Positions 40,853 to 55,124 of a stretch of DNA of 64,000 nucleotides are shown here, one piece after another. The stretch's first letter is position 1. Every line of letters starts with the position of its first letter. The translations under genes and the position numbers were made by a program. Below the pieces are notes generated by a model. The model saw only the letters and a list, made by a program, of their open reading frames with translations. It had not been told where the DNA came from and ran no database searches. The stretch is from Trichosphaerium sp. ATCC 40318 (lineage: Eukaryota > Protista > Tubulinea): the NCBI GenBank assembly GCA_038496445.1, contig JALMLS010000598.1:127828-191827 (forward strand), written 5' to 3'.

Positions 40853-41376
40853 TTACAGCTCATCTTTTTCAGGAACATCATCCAGTATCATATTTTGGTA
40901 TTGATCACATCCGTTTATAGCGTAGTGTTCAGGATGATGAAGTAGATGGTAGCACATGTCGAGGTTTTTGCGTTTTAGCAAATTACAAAATAATAGACAT
41001 CTAACTCGCATGTGACTGCAAGAGTCATGACGCACTATCATCTTTAGGCAATGTCTCTTTTCTTTTGCAACTGGATCGTGTGGGTTCTCAGTAGCTTTTG
41101 AAGTACCACCAGTATCAAGAGCATCCATAATCTATGAGATAATAAACTAAACTGACAAGATTGTCGGAAATATGTGATTACCTTTTCTGTCAGTTTGCCC
41201 ATTTTGCTTCCCCAGCTCTCGAGCAACTTTTTGACTTGCTTCTCTGTCACCGACTTTATTTGTTCTTCTAGATTTTCACCTTCTTCAGCACGTACAAGAG
41301 CAATAGCTTCTTGTTCCATTTCATTCAAAATGAGGTCTATCTTTTTACCAACACCAGATACTTTATTTATACGCAC
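40853..41376 (-). CDS. Hypothetical protein (coiled-coil-like, spliced)
   Basis: ORFs 41044..41376 and 40853..41128 are separated by intron-like sequence. Confidence 0.4.
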
Positions 41377-41699
41377 AGCGGACTCTACAAACGAAACTTA
41401 GCGTTTTGCTCAAAATCTTTTACTACAAAAGTGACCGCAGTGTATTAATAGTGTCTGTGGTATCTCTGAGGGTCGTTTAACCACTGTACCAAGCCACGTG
41501 GCACGAATGTAACGTAAAAAGAAAAAAAACTTTTTTTTTTCAAAAGCCGATTCGATATCACGTGTTTGTTGTTATCGCGTATACACGTAGTACAGGTTAA
41601 ATTTATCAAATGTTTTGTCGATAGACAGATTTTTTGAGGTGTCGTGCGTACCTACTACCATGAATAGGACCAACAAAAGTAATCCCAAGACAACACGCA

Positions 41700-44600
41700 T
41701 GTTAACTATGCGAAAGATATGACGGAGCTCGGAGATTTTTTGGCGTACTTAAAACGTGACTCTTACTGACTATAGAGACAGTACACCATACTAGCAGTGT
41801 TGTTACGCATTCAAGCAATGCATAGACCGTTAAGTAAGCTCTAAACAATGGAGGCTTGCGTGTTTAGGTTTAAACTACAAATAACTTATAATGAAAGTCG
41901 CAAGTAAACCTAGCGTAGGTACGCACTATTGAGCTCAAAATACGCATTTCAGTTCATGCTTGTCACAATCCTGCCAATTATTCCTTTTCTCGCAATGGCG
42001 AGCGTAAATAACGTAAATTAAACGCATACAGGCGCAATACAATTCAAAGTTCGTAAAAAACGAAAGAGAAGCCCAACTGAACATTCAAAACTCGCAGAGG
42101 ATGACCTTATAGGACAACGCCGATATTTTGACTCAATATTGGCTCCAAAACTAAACGTTAAAACCGTTGACGCATGGCATAATGTAACCATGTACAATGC
42201 CATGAGTAACGGAGGTTCACCTTTCCTCAAAAGGTCAGTTAACAGCAGAAAACAAGATTTCTCATCTTTTCCGAATAGATACCGTTACAACTTAGGTAAA
42301 GCCCTCAGAGTGATATATCCTGAACATGTATGGCAGGAGACATTATTTAGGTATGCTAGAAACACTATTCTCCTCTCCTCGAGCTTTTACTTCGAATTTG
42401 TTTGAAAAAAAACAGAAAAAACACGTTGGTTTACTTTCGTCTTTTAACCGTTCAGAAACGTTTCAGAAGGATACTGGAAGGTTGAAGGGAATACAAGAAA
42501 GGTATTAGATTCAATGAGCAAGAAATTGCGTATCACAAAACTGTCAGATTGGTACGGCAGAAACGCGGGTGATGTCTTATGTGTACCAGGTATTTTCAAA
42601 GTTTATGTCATTTTTTTCTTACATTATTCTACAATTCTTGTTAATGAAAATGCTGAATAAGTTCATATACTAACGATTTTACAGGCGGAAGAAGCGTTCT
42701 AGCACAGTGTGTGATTATTATCTATTGCTTCAAGTCATTAATATGTTTTTTTTGAATTAGATTTAACTACTCAATGTATCGAATGTTGTGTGCTGTTTAC
42801 CCTGAAAATAGTTGGGACCCAACAAAGTTCTCGTAAGTGTACCATATTTATTTATATTTTAAATGTTAGAACACATGCATTATCGTTCAGTAGTAGTAAA
42901 TTTAAGGGATAGTTTGCTGTCTGTTGCTGGGTTTTTTTGTTGTTTGATTTTTTTCATAGATCGTCTTTGCGTGGCTATTGGGAGGTTAGGCAAAATCAAA
43001 TAGGTAAAATGGACGATGTAGGTAAACTCCTGGGAGTTAAAACTATTGATCAATGGGCTACAATAACTAGAGACCAGCTGTACTGGCATGGTGGTAAATC
43101 TATTGCAACTAAGTAAGAACGACGAACTTGTTCGTAAATCCTTTTTTGTTCTGTTGTCTTTTTGACACTCTTGTAGACACTCTAACTCAATGATTACCCT
43201 TCTGAATCACGTATATCCCAATTATCCTTGGGCCGAAATGAGGTTTAATATTGAGTACGTAGTATTGACATGCGGAGTTTGAAATGAATAGAATTTTCAT
43301 TATTATTAAATGATCTCGTGCTATTTTGTAGTACCACCACTTCAATCCATTATTCATTTAACCAATAGCTAATATTTTACGCTCTTATTATAGGGTTCCA
43401 TTACCACAACACATGATGATTGATCACAAAAGATGGCTTAACAAAATGGCAGAAAAACTTGCTTTAAAAACTTTCGAAGATTGGTATTCTGTTGATGGAG
43501 ACCAAGTGAAGTGGGGTAAAAGCATACTACAAAAGTACGATTACTATTTCTACTGTTAACAAGACTAGCAATCCATAATTTTACAATACCTGTAGGTACA
43601 ATAGGAGCTTGTACAAAGCTCTCAAAGCTAATTTTCCACAGTTTCCGTGGATACCATGGAAGTTCCAGTAAGTCAAATTCTGCTTTTTGTACTTTGGCTT
43701 AAGGTGTTGTAGGTGTCACCCTGGTATAATAAGAAACCAATCTTATGGTCACTGGAAAGATATTAAGAATCATAAATATAAATTTGATCAGATAAGTATT
43801 GAGCTTGGATTAAAAACAGTGGAAGACTGGGATTCAATATCACATCAAGACCTTCAAAAAGCAGGAGCAAAAACACTTATGAAACAGTACGCAAAAAAAC
43901 CCAAAAGATTAATTCTACGCGCCTACTAAGTGAACGCTTCGTGAATAAGGCAAAACAAGTATTTTTTATGACAACTTTATCGCAAAAGAATCACGTGATT
44001 AAGGACGCGAGTTGGAAAAAGCCAAAAAAAAGAATCCACTTTTCCTGTTTTCTTATTAAATACTAACCGCCTATAGCTATGGATCAATACCAAGAGCACT
44101 AAAGTCATTGTATCCACAATATGAATGGCTACCAAAGAGAGTTCCTAATCGGTATTGGCACATAAAAGAAAATATCCAACAGTTTCTTGAATATGCTGAA
44201 GAAAAACTTTCAATCACTGATCCATCCATGTGGTATCGAGTTTCTCATGGTCAGATTACTGGATTAGGTGCTGGTGGTATAGTTAAATATTATCCTCAAA
44301 TCCTCAACCTTATTCATCCTACGGTGAAATGGGATTGGAGCGAGTTTTACAAAGCAAAAAGTAAAAAATCTCAGCAATGGTAAGTACTTTTTGTTTTTAT
44401 TCTTTTTAAACCTTGCTCGCTGTTGAGACTCAAGGCTGTAAAATATTGAACACAGGTCGGAAGCCTTTTAAAAAAAACCATTGCATTTATTTTTCATCAA
44501 CATCTGTTGTACATACCTCACGTGACAGGATTGTTTTATGATTTTGTTTACTTACTTTAATGTCAAAAAGGGGGTTAAGTTCAGCGCTTAAAAAGATATA

Positions 44601-45248
44601 CCCATTGGATGAATTACAAGAAGAGCATATTATAGGTGTAAGAGAAAGCACAGGAGCTATTCTAAGTGTAGATATTTGTATTCCAAATAGGAATCTAGCG
44701 TTTGAATATCAAGGTAAGTCGGATCTTTTTAGAGTCAACTACTTTCCTATGATCTCTAACGATTACGTAGGAGAGCAACATTACCATGATATATATCCTC
44801 TAAGGTTATCAGCTATGCATTGCGAATGGCTTGACCAAGAGAAATCAAAGCTCTGTGCAGCTGCAGGTATGTTCTAGTTTATAAATCAAACAAAAGGACA
44901 AAAGACGAGAACACCTTCCTATCTATATCATAACTGTTTTTAAATTTTTCTTAACAATGTGCACAAGGAATATCACTTGTACCTATACCGTATTGGTGGG
45001 AAATAGATGACATAGAGTCACTCAAAGCTACTATCAATTTTTATAAACCAGATGCAAACTTGAGTGTTTCTCCTGATGTTCATCATTTAAACATTATGCC
45101 ATCAAACACGTGGGAAGGTAAAATTTCTAATCATTTTTTCTTTTCTTTAGCGGTTGTGCTTTCTTTCCTTACATGTTTTGACTTAGATCAACGAGGCGTA
45201 ATTATGACACCAACAAATCAACATACTATTACAGTTTCAAACATGTAG
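41700..45248 (+). CDS. Trp-rich repeat protein with C-terminal PD-(D/E)XK/Vsr-like endonuclease domain (5' end uncertain)
   Basis: At least five W..dW..GG..YP..W repeats; C-terminal VDICIPNRNLAFEYQGEQHY..DQEKSKLCAAAGISLVPIPYWW. Confidence 0.7.
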
Positions 45249-45738
45249 TTTATACAACTTGTAAATAAAAATTAAACAATGCCGAGACACAACCATTATT
45301 TAGAGTTTACCAAACAACTAGACAATACATAACTATCACGTTGTTGCTACAAGCAATTTAGCTAAACATAGATGTCTTTTGTTGCTCCTGCACAGTCGGG
45401 ATAGCTGTTTTTGTAGTTGTAAAGTTAGAGCGTCAGTTGTTTTTGCCTTCTTATCCTTTTCTTTCCATCTGATATAAGCGTTGTTAACATTATGCTCCTT
45501 TTCTTTGTTACGTTCATTGCTTCCCACATCTCTTTCTGTACTTGTGATGGCCAGGATCCTTTTCCTGAACTTTTTGTTGCACAAAGTAGATTGTATTGGC
45601 TTGCTAGTTTGGCGTAGCATTCATATGTATCTTTCATCTGCAATGTGTGCCTTTGGTGACAATTGTTTCATTGCGTAGAGTGAGCGGAGTCTTCTTTTTC
45701 TATGCTATTCCTTACACCTTTGAGCCATTCACTTATAC

Positions 45739-45975
45739 TAACATTCAAGAAGAAGCCCCTATCTTCAAAAGCAACTGAGTTCATCAACGAATATGGTGGC
45801 AACAATCAAGCAGGCCCAACAATAGCAAAACCATAGTTTAGATTCAATTAGTATCCGGAAACATGTGGTGAAGACAATACTACATCCCTCCTATTTTTGG
45901 GTTATACTTGATTGTTGCCACTATTCGTTGATGAACTCAGTTACTTTTGAAGATAATTGCTTCTTTCTGAATGTT
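45739..45975. repeat. Inverted repeat, arms of about 70 bp with a spacer of about 98 bp
   Basis: tatcttcaaaagcaactgagttcatcaacgaatatggtggcaacaatcaa versus the reverse complement of 45908-45955, extending outward with mismatches. Confidence 0.8.
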
Positions 45976-46079
45976 AATTAAGGTGTTGAGCTGTTGGTTA
46001 GTATAATTTAATACTTGTTTCTTAACTGTGTTTAAGATACTTTCAATATCCCAGTCTCTCCTTTTTGTGATTCTTCTCC

Positions 46080-46250
46080 TTTCATCTCCTTTTTCCCCCC
46101 TTTGTCTTTGTTATGAACGTCACAAGATCTCCTTTTATCTCCTTTTTCCCCCTTTGTCTTTGTTATGAACGTCACAAGATCTCCTTTTATCTCCTTTTTT
46201 TACCGAGTCTTTGTTATGAACGTCACAAGATCTCCTTTTTTTTTCCCCTT
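46080..46250. repeat. Pyrimidine-rich minisatellite, about 48-bp unit x3+
   Basis: gtcttt gttatgaacgtcacaagatctcctttt occurs three times at about 46105, 46157 and 46207. Confidence 0.85.
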
Positions 46251-46730
46251 TATCTTGCAGAAAATGGTAATGTTCCTAGCGGTTTTAAACCATTTTCTTT
46301 CCATACGAATAGTGTTGTTTATTTTGTATTGGGTGTAGGGTCTTTGTTTTCTCTGTACAACTTTTTTTAAATAAACAGCAAAGGCGACACTGTTCTCCCT
46401 TTGTTAACTACAACTTTTCGCAGTTCGTGAAGAATTCTAGTTCGCTTTGGTGTATTCTTTAGGCAATCCTTATAGCAAGGTGTGAATTATTCTCTGTAAC
46501 TACAGGATATCTTAAGAGGTCAATATCGCATGACTTTTAAGAAGCATTCTTCCTTTTGAGGAAAGCGAGGAAGACTAAGTATTCTATCTGCTGAAAAAGG
46601 TTGGGTTGAATGTTGTCTACTGCAATTACATTTAGAACGTAGCGAACAAGTATAACATAGACATATAATTCTTAATGTAACTTTGTTTATTTACAGTAAT
46701 GTACAAAGCTCACAATTTAAAAAAATAAGC

Positions 46731-49700
46731 TTACCAGCTAAGAGATAGCTGATCGAATCGTTGTAGTACTTCATGGGCAGCTACAACATCTTTTTGAACC
46801 TGCGTACGCTTATAAAAAATAGGACAATCGCGTGCAGCACAAATGACTTCTTGATGGAAACTTCCCTAAGAGAAAATCAGCCGACAATGTCAAGAATAGT
46901 CAATCGGTGAAGAAAAAAAAAAACACCGTTGCAGTCCGAAAAACAAAACGTACTTGGCATGATTGACAGTGCGTCCATAATCGAGAAAATTCATACTCTT
47001 TGGTTCTTAGAGATTCTAAATGCTTTTGATACTTCTCTGGTGCATGTGGGAGACAAGAAGAGCAGAGTTCATTATCATCGTCGTTAAGTGGAGAACGGCA
47101 ACCAAGACAGGTTGGTCTAACCTTCGCAAAGCCAAAGATACCACCCTTCTTTTGTTGACTTCTTGGCTTGACTCTCTTACGTGTATGCTCACCAGAGACT
47201 AAGTAATCGTAAGTAAGAATTTGCAATTGCAAAGCTCGGAAAAAAACAAGAAAGACAAAAGAAGAGACGTACACAAAACTTTAGCAGCGTCTTTTCTGAT
47301 AGGTTCAAAAATACGCAATAGTGGTTTCTTTAATTGCTGCTCTAGGTAATAATTCATATCTAGAGGAATACCACTTTCCAGAACATATAGAGGATCTTCT
47401 GTTCTATCTGAGACACTATCTTTAGCGTTACCCTTTGAAAAAGTGTCAGAAAACGAGACTAAAATCCAAGCAAAGAAAAGAGCAATGACAACCTACCTGT
47501 ACGATAACATAAGGTATTCTGTCACCAATTTTAGGTGCATTAGAAGGATTACGCTTTTTCATACGCTTAGCGAGTTCAACGTGAGCCTGAAGCATTCGTT
47601 AGGTTCACATTTTTGGAAAAAAAAAGAAAAGCTTACTTGTGTTGCTTTGTATTCCTCGGCCTTTTTAGACAGAGATTTTGTAATAACAAGCTGAGATAAA
47701 TCTATTTCGTTGACAAGCAATTTACGAATTGTTTCTTGAACATACCTGAGAAAAGTATTAATAACATGAAGGATGGGTAAAAAAACAAAAGTTTGTTTTC
47801 ACAGAATAAAAAGCTTTATCAAAGCAATGATACTCTACGTACTTAATAGCAGCTTCAGTATCTTGTTTGATGAGTAAAAGATCAAGTGAACCTTCAACAA
47901 CTTGTTTGACAAGTCGACAGACATCACGACGGATAGACTAGAAAAAAAATGAGTAAAAAACAGCCAATAACAAAAAAAAGCTGTTGGCGTTTTTTAACTT
48001 ACTTCGATACCCTTGACATCAAGTTTATCTGGTTTATCTGGTTTGGTATACCATAATCCAGCGTAACGCTTCTTGGCAATGAGAAGATAAGGGTAGTAAA
48101 CCTTTTCAAACTCAAGACTGATTGGTTTCTTGAAATGTTTTGTAACGTATTTAGCAGCTTCATGTCCTAACACAAAAATCATTATTTCAACCTTCTTCTA
48201 CTGTTTCTAGTAGTGGAGATATACATACCCAAATCGAGAGTCTGCTTAAGATCACTAAGACCGAATTTAATCATGACAGAGTCAGTATCACCGTAAATAA
48301 CTTTAGCGTCATGACTGAATCCTTCAGCAATACTATACTTTTTCTCTACAAGTTCTACTGTTTTTTGGATCATGTCACGACCAAATGCAGTTACCGCTTT
48401 AGATACAGGTAGACAAGGTAGAGAACCAACAGTGGCACCAGTGAACCCGTATACCTAGTTCATTGATGAGTTCACAAAGCGAAAAAAAAAGGTTCCGTAC
48501 AGAGTTAGCACTTATTTTTAACGCCAATTGGCGACCATTTAGTACAGCCTTTCTGAATGGATCTGTTTCATTCTTCATATCTTTCTTGGCTTTAGCACGA
48601 GCCGTTAAGAGATTATGGAGAATTCCTGGTAAGATACCTATTGAAGAAAATTAAAAAACCGAGATTTCCCAAAAAGAAAGAAAGCTATCTTTATGCCTTA
48701 CCCTTTTTCTTTGACGGTTTGACGAATTCGAACTTTTCCTGAGTTGGAGAGACTATGATATCATCTTTGGATAAAGTCTTTTAAACAATATATAAGCACA
48801 TTATAGGAGTAGCTGTAGAAACAAAAGAGAACCAGGAAAGAATAAAAGTTGAAGAAAATTGCGTTTGAAAGGATTTCTTGTTAACGTACTTGACGATCAT
48901 GTGGCATAACACGTGTTGAGTAACAAAGATTATGAGCGATCATAATAGAAGGATACAAAGATGAGAAATCAAGTGTAGCAATAGGCTCGGTGTAAAATCC
49001 TTTTTTAGGTTCTACCACAATAGCTCCCTTATATTTCTTTCCACCAACGCCATCTACAGGTAATAGCATTAGATATTGATATTCCCAGTACTTAAATAAT
49101 GGAAATACAGCATTCATACCTGACTTCTCCTTGTGCAAGTACGGAATTAGTCTGTTTTGTGTTTTGGAGTGACGGTAAATCTGAGAAACTACTTTAATAG
49201 ACTGACCACGAGTGAGCAACCATGAGAATGGTACACCAGTCACACGAGCCATCTCTATGTAGTTGATAAAGCTCATGAGCTTGTCAAGAATACGAATAGG
49301 TAGCAGAGCATCCTATGAAAGGTTAGCAAAACAAACCAAGTTCGAAGAAAAAAAAAGCAATACCTTTAAACAATACGATGCAACACGTCTTCTGTCCTCT
49401 TTGGTACCTTTCCAAAGAGTAGTGATCATGGAGTAATGTACATCCTCCTTTTGTTGGCCCAAGAATGTTGAGGCGACATTATTTAGTGAATAAGAGCGTA
49501 GTTTATCAGATCCTCTTTGTACAACCTTACGAGAAAAAGTCAGAGAAAATTCTTCAGTTCCAAGAAATAACAGTTTGTTGTGGCCGCTCTGGGCCTTAGC
49601 GACTTCTGAGAAAACGTACAATCATAGCGTCAAAGAATACACGTCCAAACATTGTAATTTGTGTACTCTCACCAAAGAAGGCTTGTGATTTAAAGGTGGA

Positions 49701-51401
49701 TTTCTTCATTTTTGATAAGCTATCCTTTTGTCTTGATAAATTTGTAAAATCTGGGATCTTTAACGCTTCAGCGCGGTTGAAAAGGTATGGAATATCGAAA
49801 TTATTTATATTGTAACCAGTAATAACATCAGGATCGCACTAAAAAGGATAAGAAACGGAGAAAAATACAATAAAAAAAATTAAAAAGTACCTCGCGAATA
49901 AAATCTGCCCAGGCACGTAATAAGTCTCTCTCAGAGTTGAAGCAACGGACATCAGCACCAAGGATAGATGCGGTATGATTTAAGCAGAAACAGTTACTTA
50001 TAAACGGTTCACTTGATCCCTATTGCAAAAGTAAGAAAAAAATCGGAAATTCGTATCAAAAAACAAACAACGAAAATTGACGCTTCTTTGTGTACCTGCT
50101 CTTTGACAACATTACAAATATTAATTACTGGATCCAATTTAGCGTCTGGGAAAGCTCCATCTCTTCCAGCGCATTCAATATCAAAACTGAGAATACGATA
50201 TGGAGCGAGCTTCAACCACTTTCCTTCTGGAGCGTGAGAGATTAAGTCAGTGTACCATAAATCAATCTCGATTTGTGTAGTTGAGACTTTATCTTGCTAA
50301 AGCCGAGAGTGAGTATTTCAGTTGCGTAGATAAAGTACTAGAGAGAAACGTACAGCTGAAGGAAGATGGTACTTTCCAGCAGGAATCTCAATCCAGTTAC
50401 CGCCAACGATGTCCATATCAACCATAAAACGCAGAGGAAAGAGAATATTGGATTCAAATGTTGGAAAAGCGTTTGAACCAATACGAGGAAGACTACCGAT
50501 TTGACCATTTTCTAGAATTTCTAAAACAAGGGACGTGAGTGAGTAACTGAACACAAGTCTACAAAAAAATAACAGAATAGAATTCGCGTAGCTACGTACT
50601 TCTTGCATGTGGTACTTGACCAGGTAGAGCCATTGTTATTCTGAAGTAAGGCACTAAAACATCGCCGTTGTAGCCCAAGATACTCGTCTTTTCTTCTATG
50701 CTGACTGCCATACAGTAGTCTGGAGTCTGGAGGTATTTCATGAACATCCCGCCGCGGACGGTTTGGTCTAGGCGTTGGCGCAAGTTTTCAGCCACCTCCA
50801 TCAACTCTTCGTCGCTGAATCCTGCGCATGACTAGTTTGCAATGAGTGGCGATTGCTTTTGAAAAAAGCGAATCTACAAAAATCCTAGAAACGCACCTTT
50901 GGTACTGGTGTGTAGAAATATGGCTTGAAACCGTATATTTTAGCGTTTACGCTGTGTCCTTCCTCAGTGATACCATACATTCTAATCACAGGCACCTAAT
51001 TGGTACAGTAAGTACGGCACAACGCAAAAACAACCATACCCTGTTTTGATTAGGCTTAAAATTTCGTTTAAAGTGAGGACTAGGCACTGTATTTGTATAG
51101 TCACAATCGAGCTGTTGGAATACTATACGATGTTAGTATAACGCATGGGGTGATAACGAAAGTGGAGGGATTTTTTAACAGCTAAACAATAATTTGAAAA
51201 ATAACGGTTATGCGTACTAATTGTATCAGTAGTGGAATCTACTGGCTTCGCGAGTGGTTTACGTTGCCATCGTTTACGCTCTTGTACGTTTTGTACTTTT
51301 TGTTTTTCTACCTCGTCTTGATCGGATAGTTTAGCACCAACGTTAAGCTTCTTTGCTTGTTTGTTTACGGTTGGTGCGAGCTTTCGCTTACGAGATGCCA
51401 T
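46731..51401 (-). CDS. POLD1: DNA polymerase delta catalytic subunit
   Basis: [81 protein letters not shown]; C-terminal CysA/CysB motifs. Confidence 0.97.
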
Positions 51402-51520
51402 TGTTTCAAAATGTGGTTAAAAAAGTAGCGGCAAAAATTTACAAAAAATCAACTTTTACCAACCGAAGTCAACGCAATTATTTTGTCTAGCTAATCCCAC
51501 ATCACATCTAGGCTATCACA

Positions 51521-52414
51521 ATGAAGTACGTATAATTAGCGAATTTAAACCACTATTAACCCAAAGTCGCCGGATTTTTACTGTTTTCGCTCATCTCTTC
51601 ATTTTTTCTTCAATCGGCTTTTTACGTTTAGCGATTGCGCCACGCGTTTGCTGTTTCGTTGTAGCCTTTTAGTATGGAGTAAAATACAATTTTTCCACAG
51701 AGCGTTCTGTTGTAAAATACTATCGCTCTCTTTGTAATTTCGCGTTTGACGCAGTGTTACAATGTTTTCTACTGCTTTTCTCCTGATCTATTTAACAACG
51801 CTTTCAGGACCGAATTGTGCAGTTTTTCGCAGCGTAGGATTTATCCTGGCCATGGTATGACTTATGTCAGGACTAACCTCCAGGTACACGCCAAAAAAAA
51901 CTTTAATTGTCGCTTACTCGCTACCAGCTCCTCAATTTCCAAGTACAAGGATCCAGAAAGTACGTTATCAACAAGAAAAAGAATCCACGTTTCGTACGAT
52001 GGACTGTTGTATACCGTAAGGTCAACAAAAAGGTGCGTGCACTCATGATCTCCCTTTATACGACCTTTTATGCGTTTTGACGTATTACTCTGAAATTCTT
52101 TGCCTATTGCGTGTTAGCTGCGTATTCGTCACTAACGAACTCCCTTCTAGGGTAACTACAAAGTTGTAAAAAGGAGAAAGGTCACACGCCGTATGACTAA
52201 GCGCGAGAGAGCTTACGTTGGCGCCACAGTTGAGAACATGCGACAAAGGAAATCCAAAGCCTCCAAAGCTAAAGAAGACAAATCTGTCCTCGAAAAAGTC
52301 AAAGCCCGCAAAGCCGAGCAAGCTAAGAGAAAGGCACAACTTAAGGCCGCAAGACAAGAATACAAGGCTGCTTTCAAACGTGGTGGCATGAAGGGAAGAA
52401 AAGATCGCTTCTAA
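51521..52414 (+). CDS. RPL24: 60S ribosomal protein L24 (eL24)
   Basis: MK/TELCSFSQRRIYPGHG..KKNPR.VRWTVVYRKVNKKG..RAYVGAT; Lys/Ala-rich tail. Confidence 0.92.
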
Positions 52415-52630
52415 ATAATAAACCTTGTAGAATTGTTTTTGCCAAAATTCGTGTATTTTATTTGTACTGGAAACCGGTTGAAAGAATTTGATTATGTTGT
52501 GGGAGTTCAACAAAAGTATGAGCAGTTTAATGGTCTTTGAGAATAATATCTTGCTTCACGTAAACGATTTCTGTATTTGGTCAATTGAATACGCCACGCT
52601 TTTTGTAAGGCTTGATATTAAACGTGTAGC

Positions 52631-54928
52631 ATGGCAAACAAATTTTCTGGCGCTGTACAACTCACAGGGTTGGATGATCATATTCGACCAGCAACGGTAT
52701 TTATTGTGCATCTAAACGTTATGTAACGTGGTATTTAGGCGTGTACACAGCCTGTCAAGATAGATAATACTCCTGGGAGCAAAGTACGCTTGTACCCTGT
52801 AAATGCCGCTGATTTGTCCGCTGTAGGTAAAAGAGATTGTTAGAAACGCAGATGGAACGTATACACAGGTTAATCGAGATGGAAGTACAAAACAGCTACA
52901 AAAGGCTGAAATAAAACTACATGACTGTTTAGCTTGCAGGTAAGTTGTGTTTTAAACGTTATCATGAACAGAATTGTACAGCAATCAATAACAAATGTTA
53001 GTGGGTGTATAACTACGTCTGAAAGTGTGTTGATCGAAGCACAGAGCACAGAAGAATTTCTGAAGCGGATAAAGGGTCAAGACACTACGATCGTTTCAAT
53101 ATCTCCACAAGCCTGCGCTTCCATTGCAGATCGCTACAAAATTTCAAGCGCAGCTGTACGTGTCACCCTGTGTTTGAATTCTCCGTTCCGAGTTTAAAAT
53201 AACCTCTGACGCGGTTTTAGGCGTTTAAGAAGCTCATTACATTATTTAAAGATATTGGCGCTAAAGCGGTCTTTGGCACTAACTTTGCTCGCGATTTTTC
53301 TTTACTAGAGATCGCCCAAGGTACATTTAAACCATACAACATACTAAAGATACATATGTCGTTCGTTTGTGACTATTGTTACCATGTATCGTAGTGGTTA
53401 CCGGCATAAAACAAGTATTACATTTTTTTAATTTTTTGTAGATTTTGTACGTAGGTATAAAGCCCGACAAGAGTCTAAAACTCAAGATGCTATGGATGTA
53501 GACTCTGTTGGCGGGTTACCGTTACTTTCTAGTTCATGTCCAGGTTAGTAAACAACCTTTTTTTTTGCTTTTTTTTTGAATGTTTTTCAGGTTGGGTTTG
53601 TTATGCTGAAAAGAAAGAAGATGGTTTCTTGTTACCTTATATATCACCTATAAAATCACCGCAGCAAGTAATGGGATCTATCATAAAGGACTTTTATGGC
53701 AAACAAATCGGTTTAAAGTGCGTTTTTTTGCTTCCCATTACGAGGTCTTAGGCGTTTCGCTTAAAAACTCAGCTCTTTCTGTTTGTGCTTGTTGTATTAT
53801 ATTATAGGCATCTTATATAATATATTTAGACCTTCTGAGATATTCCATGTGACCGTAATGCCGTGCTATGATAAGAAACTTGAAGCCAGTAGAAAAGAAT
53901 TTTTTAGTGATGTTTTAAATGCACATGATGTTGATCACGTTATTACAACAGAAGAGCTTTATAAAATGATTCAAGAGCAAGACATAAAGTTTGATGAAAT
54001 AAAGGAGAGTCCAATTCCAGAACAGTACGCAGTAGGAAGTAACAAACTTGAACTCTAACTTTTTTCTTTCAAAAATAGGTTTACAACAATGCAACCAGAT
54101 GGTGCTTCGTTTGGTATGCCTGGTGGATCTGGTGGGTATCTAGAGTATGTATTACGATATGCGTTACGTACTTTATACGGTGAGAAGTTACAAGAGCTGA
54201 GTTTTACGTATGGACGTAAAGGTAGGAATAAAAATTGGGGCGAGACGGAAGTTAAGGTACTATTCTTTTGTTTTAAGTCGGATCTGTTTAATTGCTTGTT
54301 GATGCAACTCGTACTGATTTTTTATTTTTTCAATAAAATAGTTCAACGGAGAGGTAGTTTTTAGATTTGCGTTTGCATATGGGTTTAGAAATATCACAAC
54401 TTTGATTAAAAAGATGAAGAAAGGTGATTGTAATTTCGACTTTGTAGAAGTCATGGCATGCCCTAAAGGTACTTGAGCTAATTTATATATATATACCTCA
54501 ATTAACTATGTAATAGGGTGTCTAAACGGTGGGGGACAAATAAAGCCTGAACAACCAGACAACGGTGAGTTTTTTGTTCGAAACGTTTTACAGTTTTTTT
54601 TTTTGGACATTTTGTTGTTCACGTATTCAGCGTCACGTGACATTTGATCATAAATTTGTAAAATGTTATTCTTTTTATTGTGTAAACCGTTTTTTTCCAT
54701 TGAGCGTTTTGCTGACTGTTGTTAAAAGGTAATAAAATGGTTGCACGTCTTCGAACGTTATATAGCAAACAATCCTATAGGGAACCTGAAGACAACCCAG
54801 AATTCAGTAAACTATACAAAGAATGGCTTGGTAATCCTCAGAGTCAAAAGGCCCGCGATATACTGTACACTAGTTACAACTTCATTCCAAGTATTGAAGT
54901 CACTAACCCGCTCGCAATAAAATGGTGA
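52631..54928 (+). CDS. NAR1: Cytosolic Fe-S assembly factor Nar1/NARF (CIAO3), iron-only hydrogenase-like
   Basis: [80 protein letters not shown], terminal IKW. Confidence 0.93.
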
Positions 54929-55124
54929 TGTATCAACAAGAGCAACAAAAAACACAAGCCCAAGAACTTTTTTATTAAATTAATACACGTGTGCACGTGT
55001 TAAGAGATTTATTGATGATGAATAAATGTAGAAGAACAACTAATAACGAAAATGGAACGTTTTATTTAATTTTTTTTCAACAAATTTTTTTTTTGAAACA
55101 AGGATTTCTTCTTTAATGGGTTAT

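Noticed and set aside
45336-45678. Transposase remnant ORFs
   Set aside because: No recognisable catalytic or family motif.
46080-46250. CRISPR-like array
   Set aside because: Intervening sequence is repetitive pyrimidine tract rather than unique spacers; eukaryotic context with no cas genes.
46731-51401. PolB as a marker of an endogenous giant virus or Polinton
   Set aside because: It is intron-rich and has Pol delta motifs and CysA/CysB. No capsid, packaging ATPase or integrase is seen in the window.
51526-52150. Intronic snoRNA in RPL24
   Set aside because: No convincing C box (RUGAUGA) paired with a D box and terminal stem.
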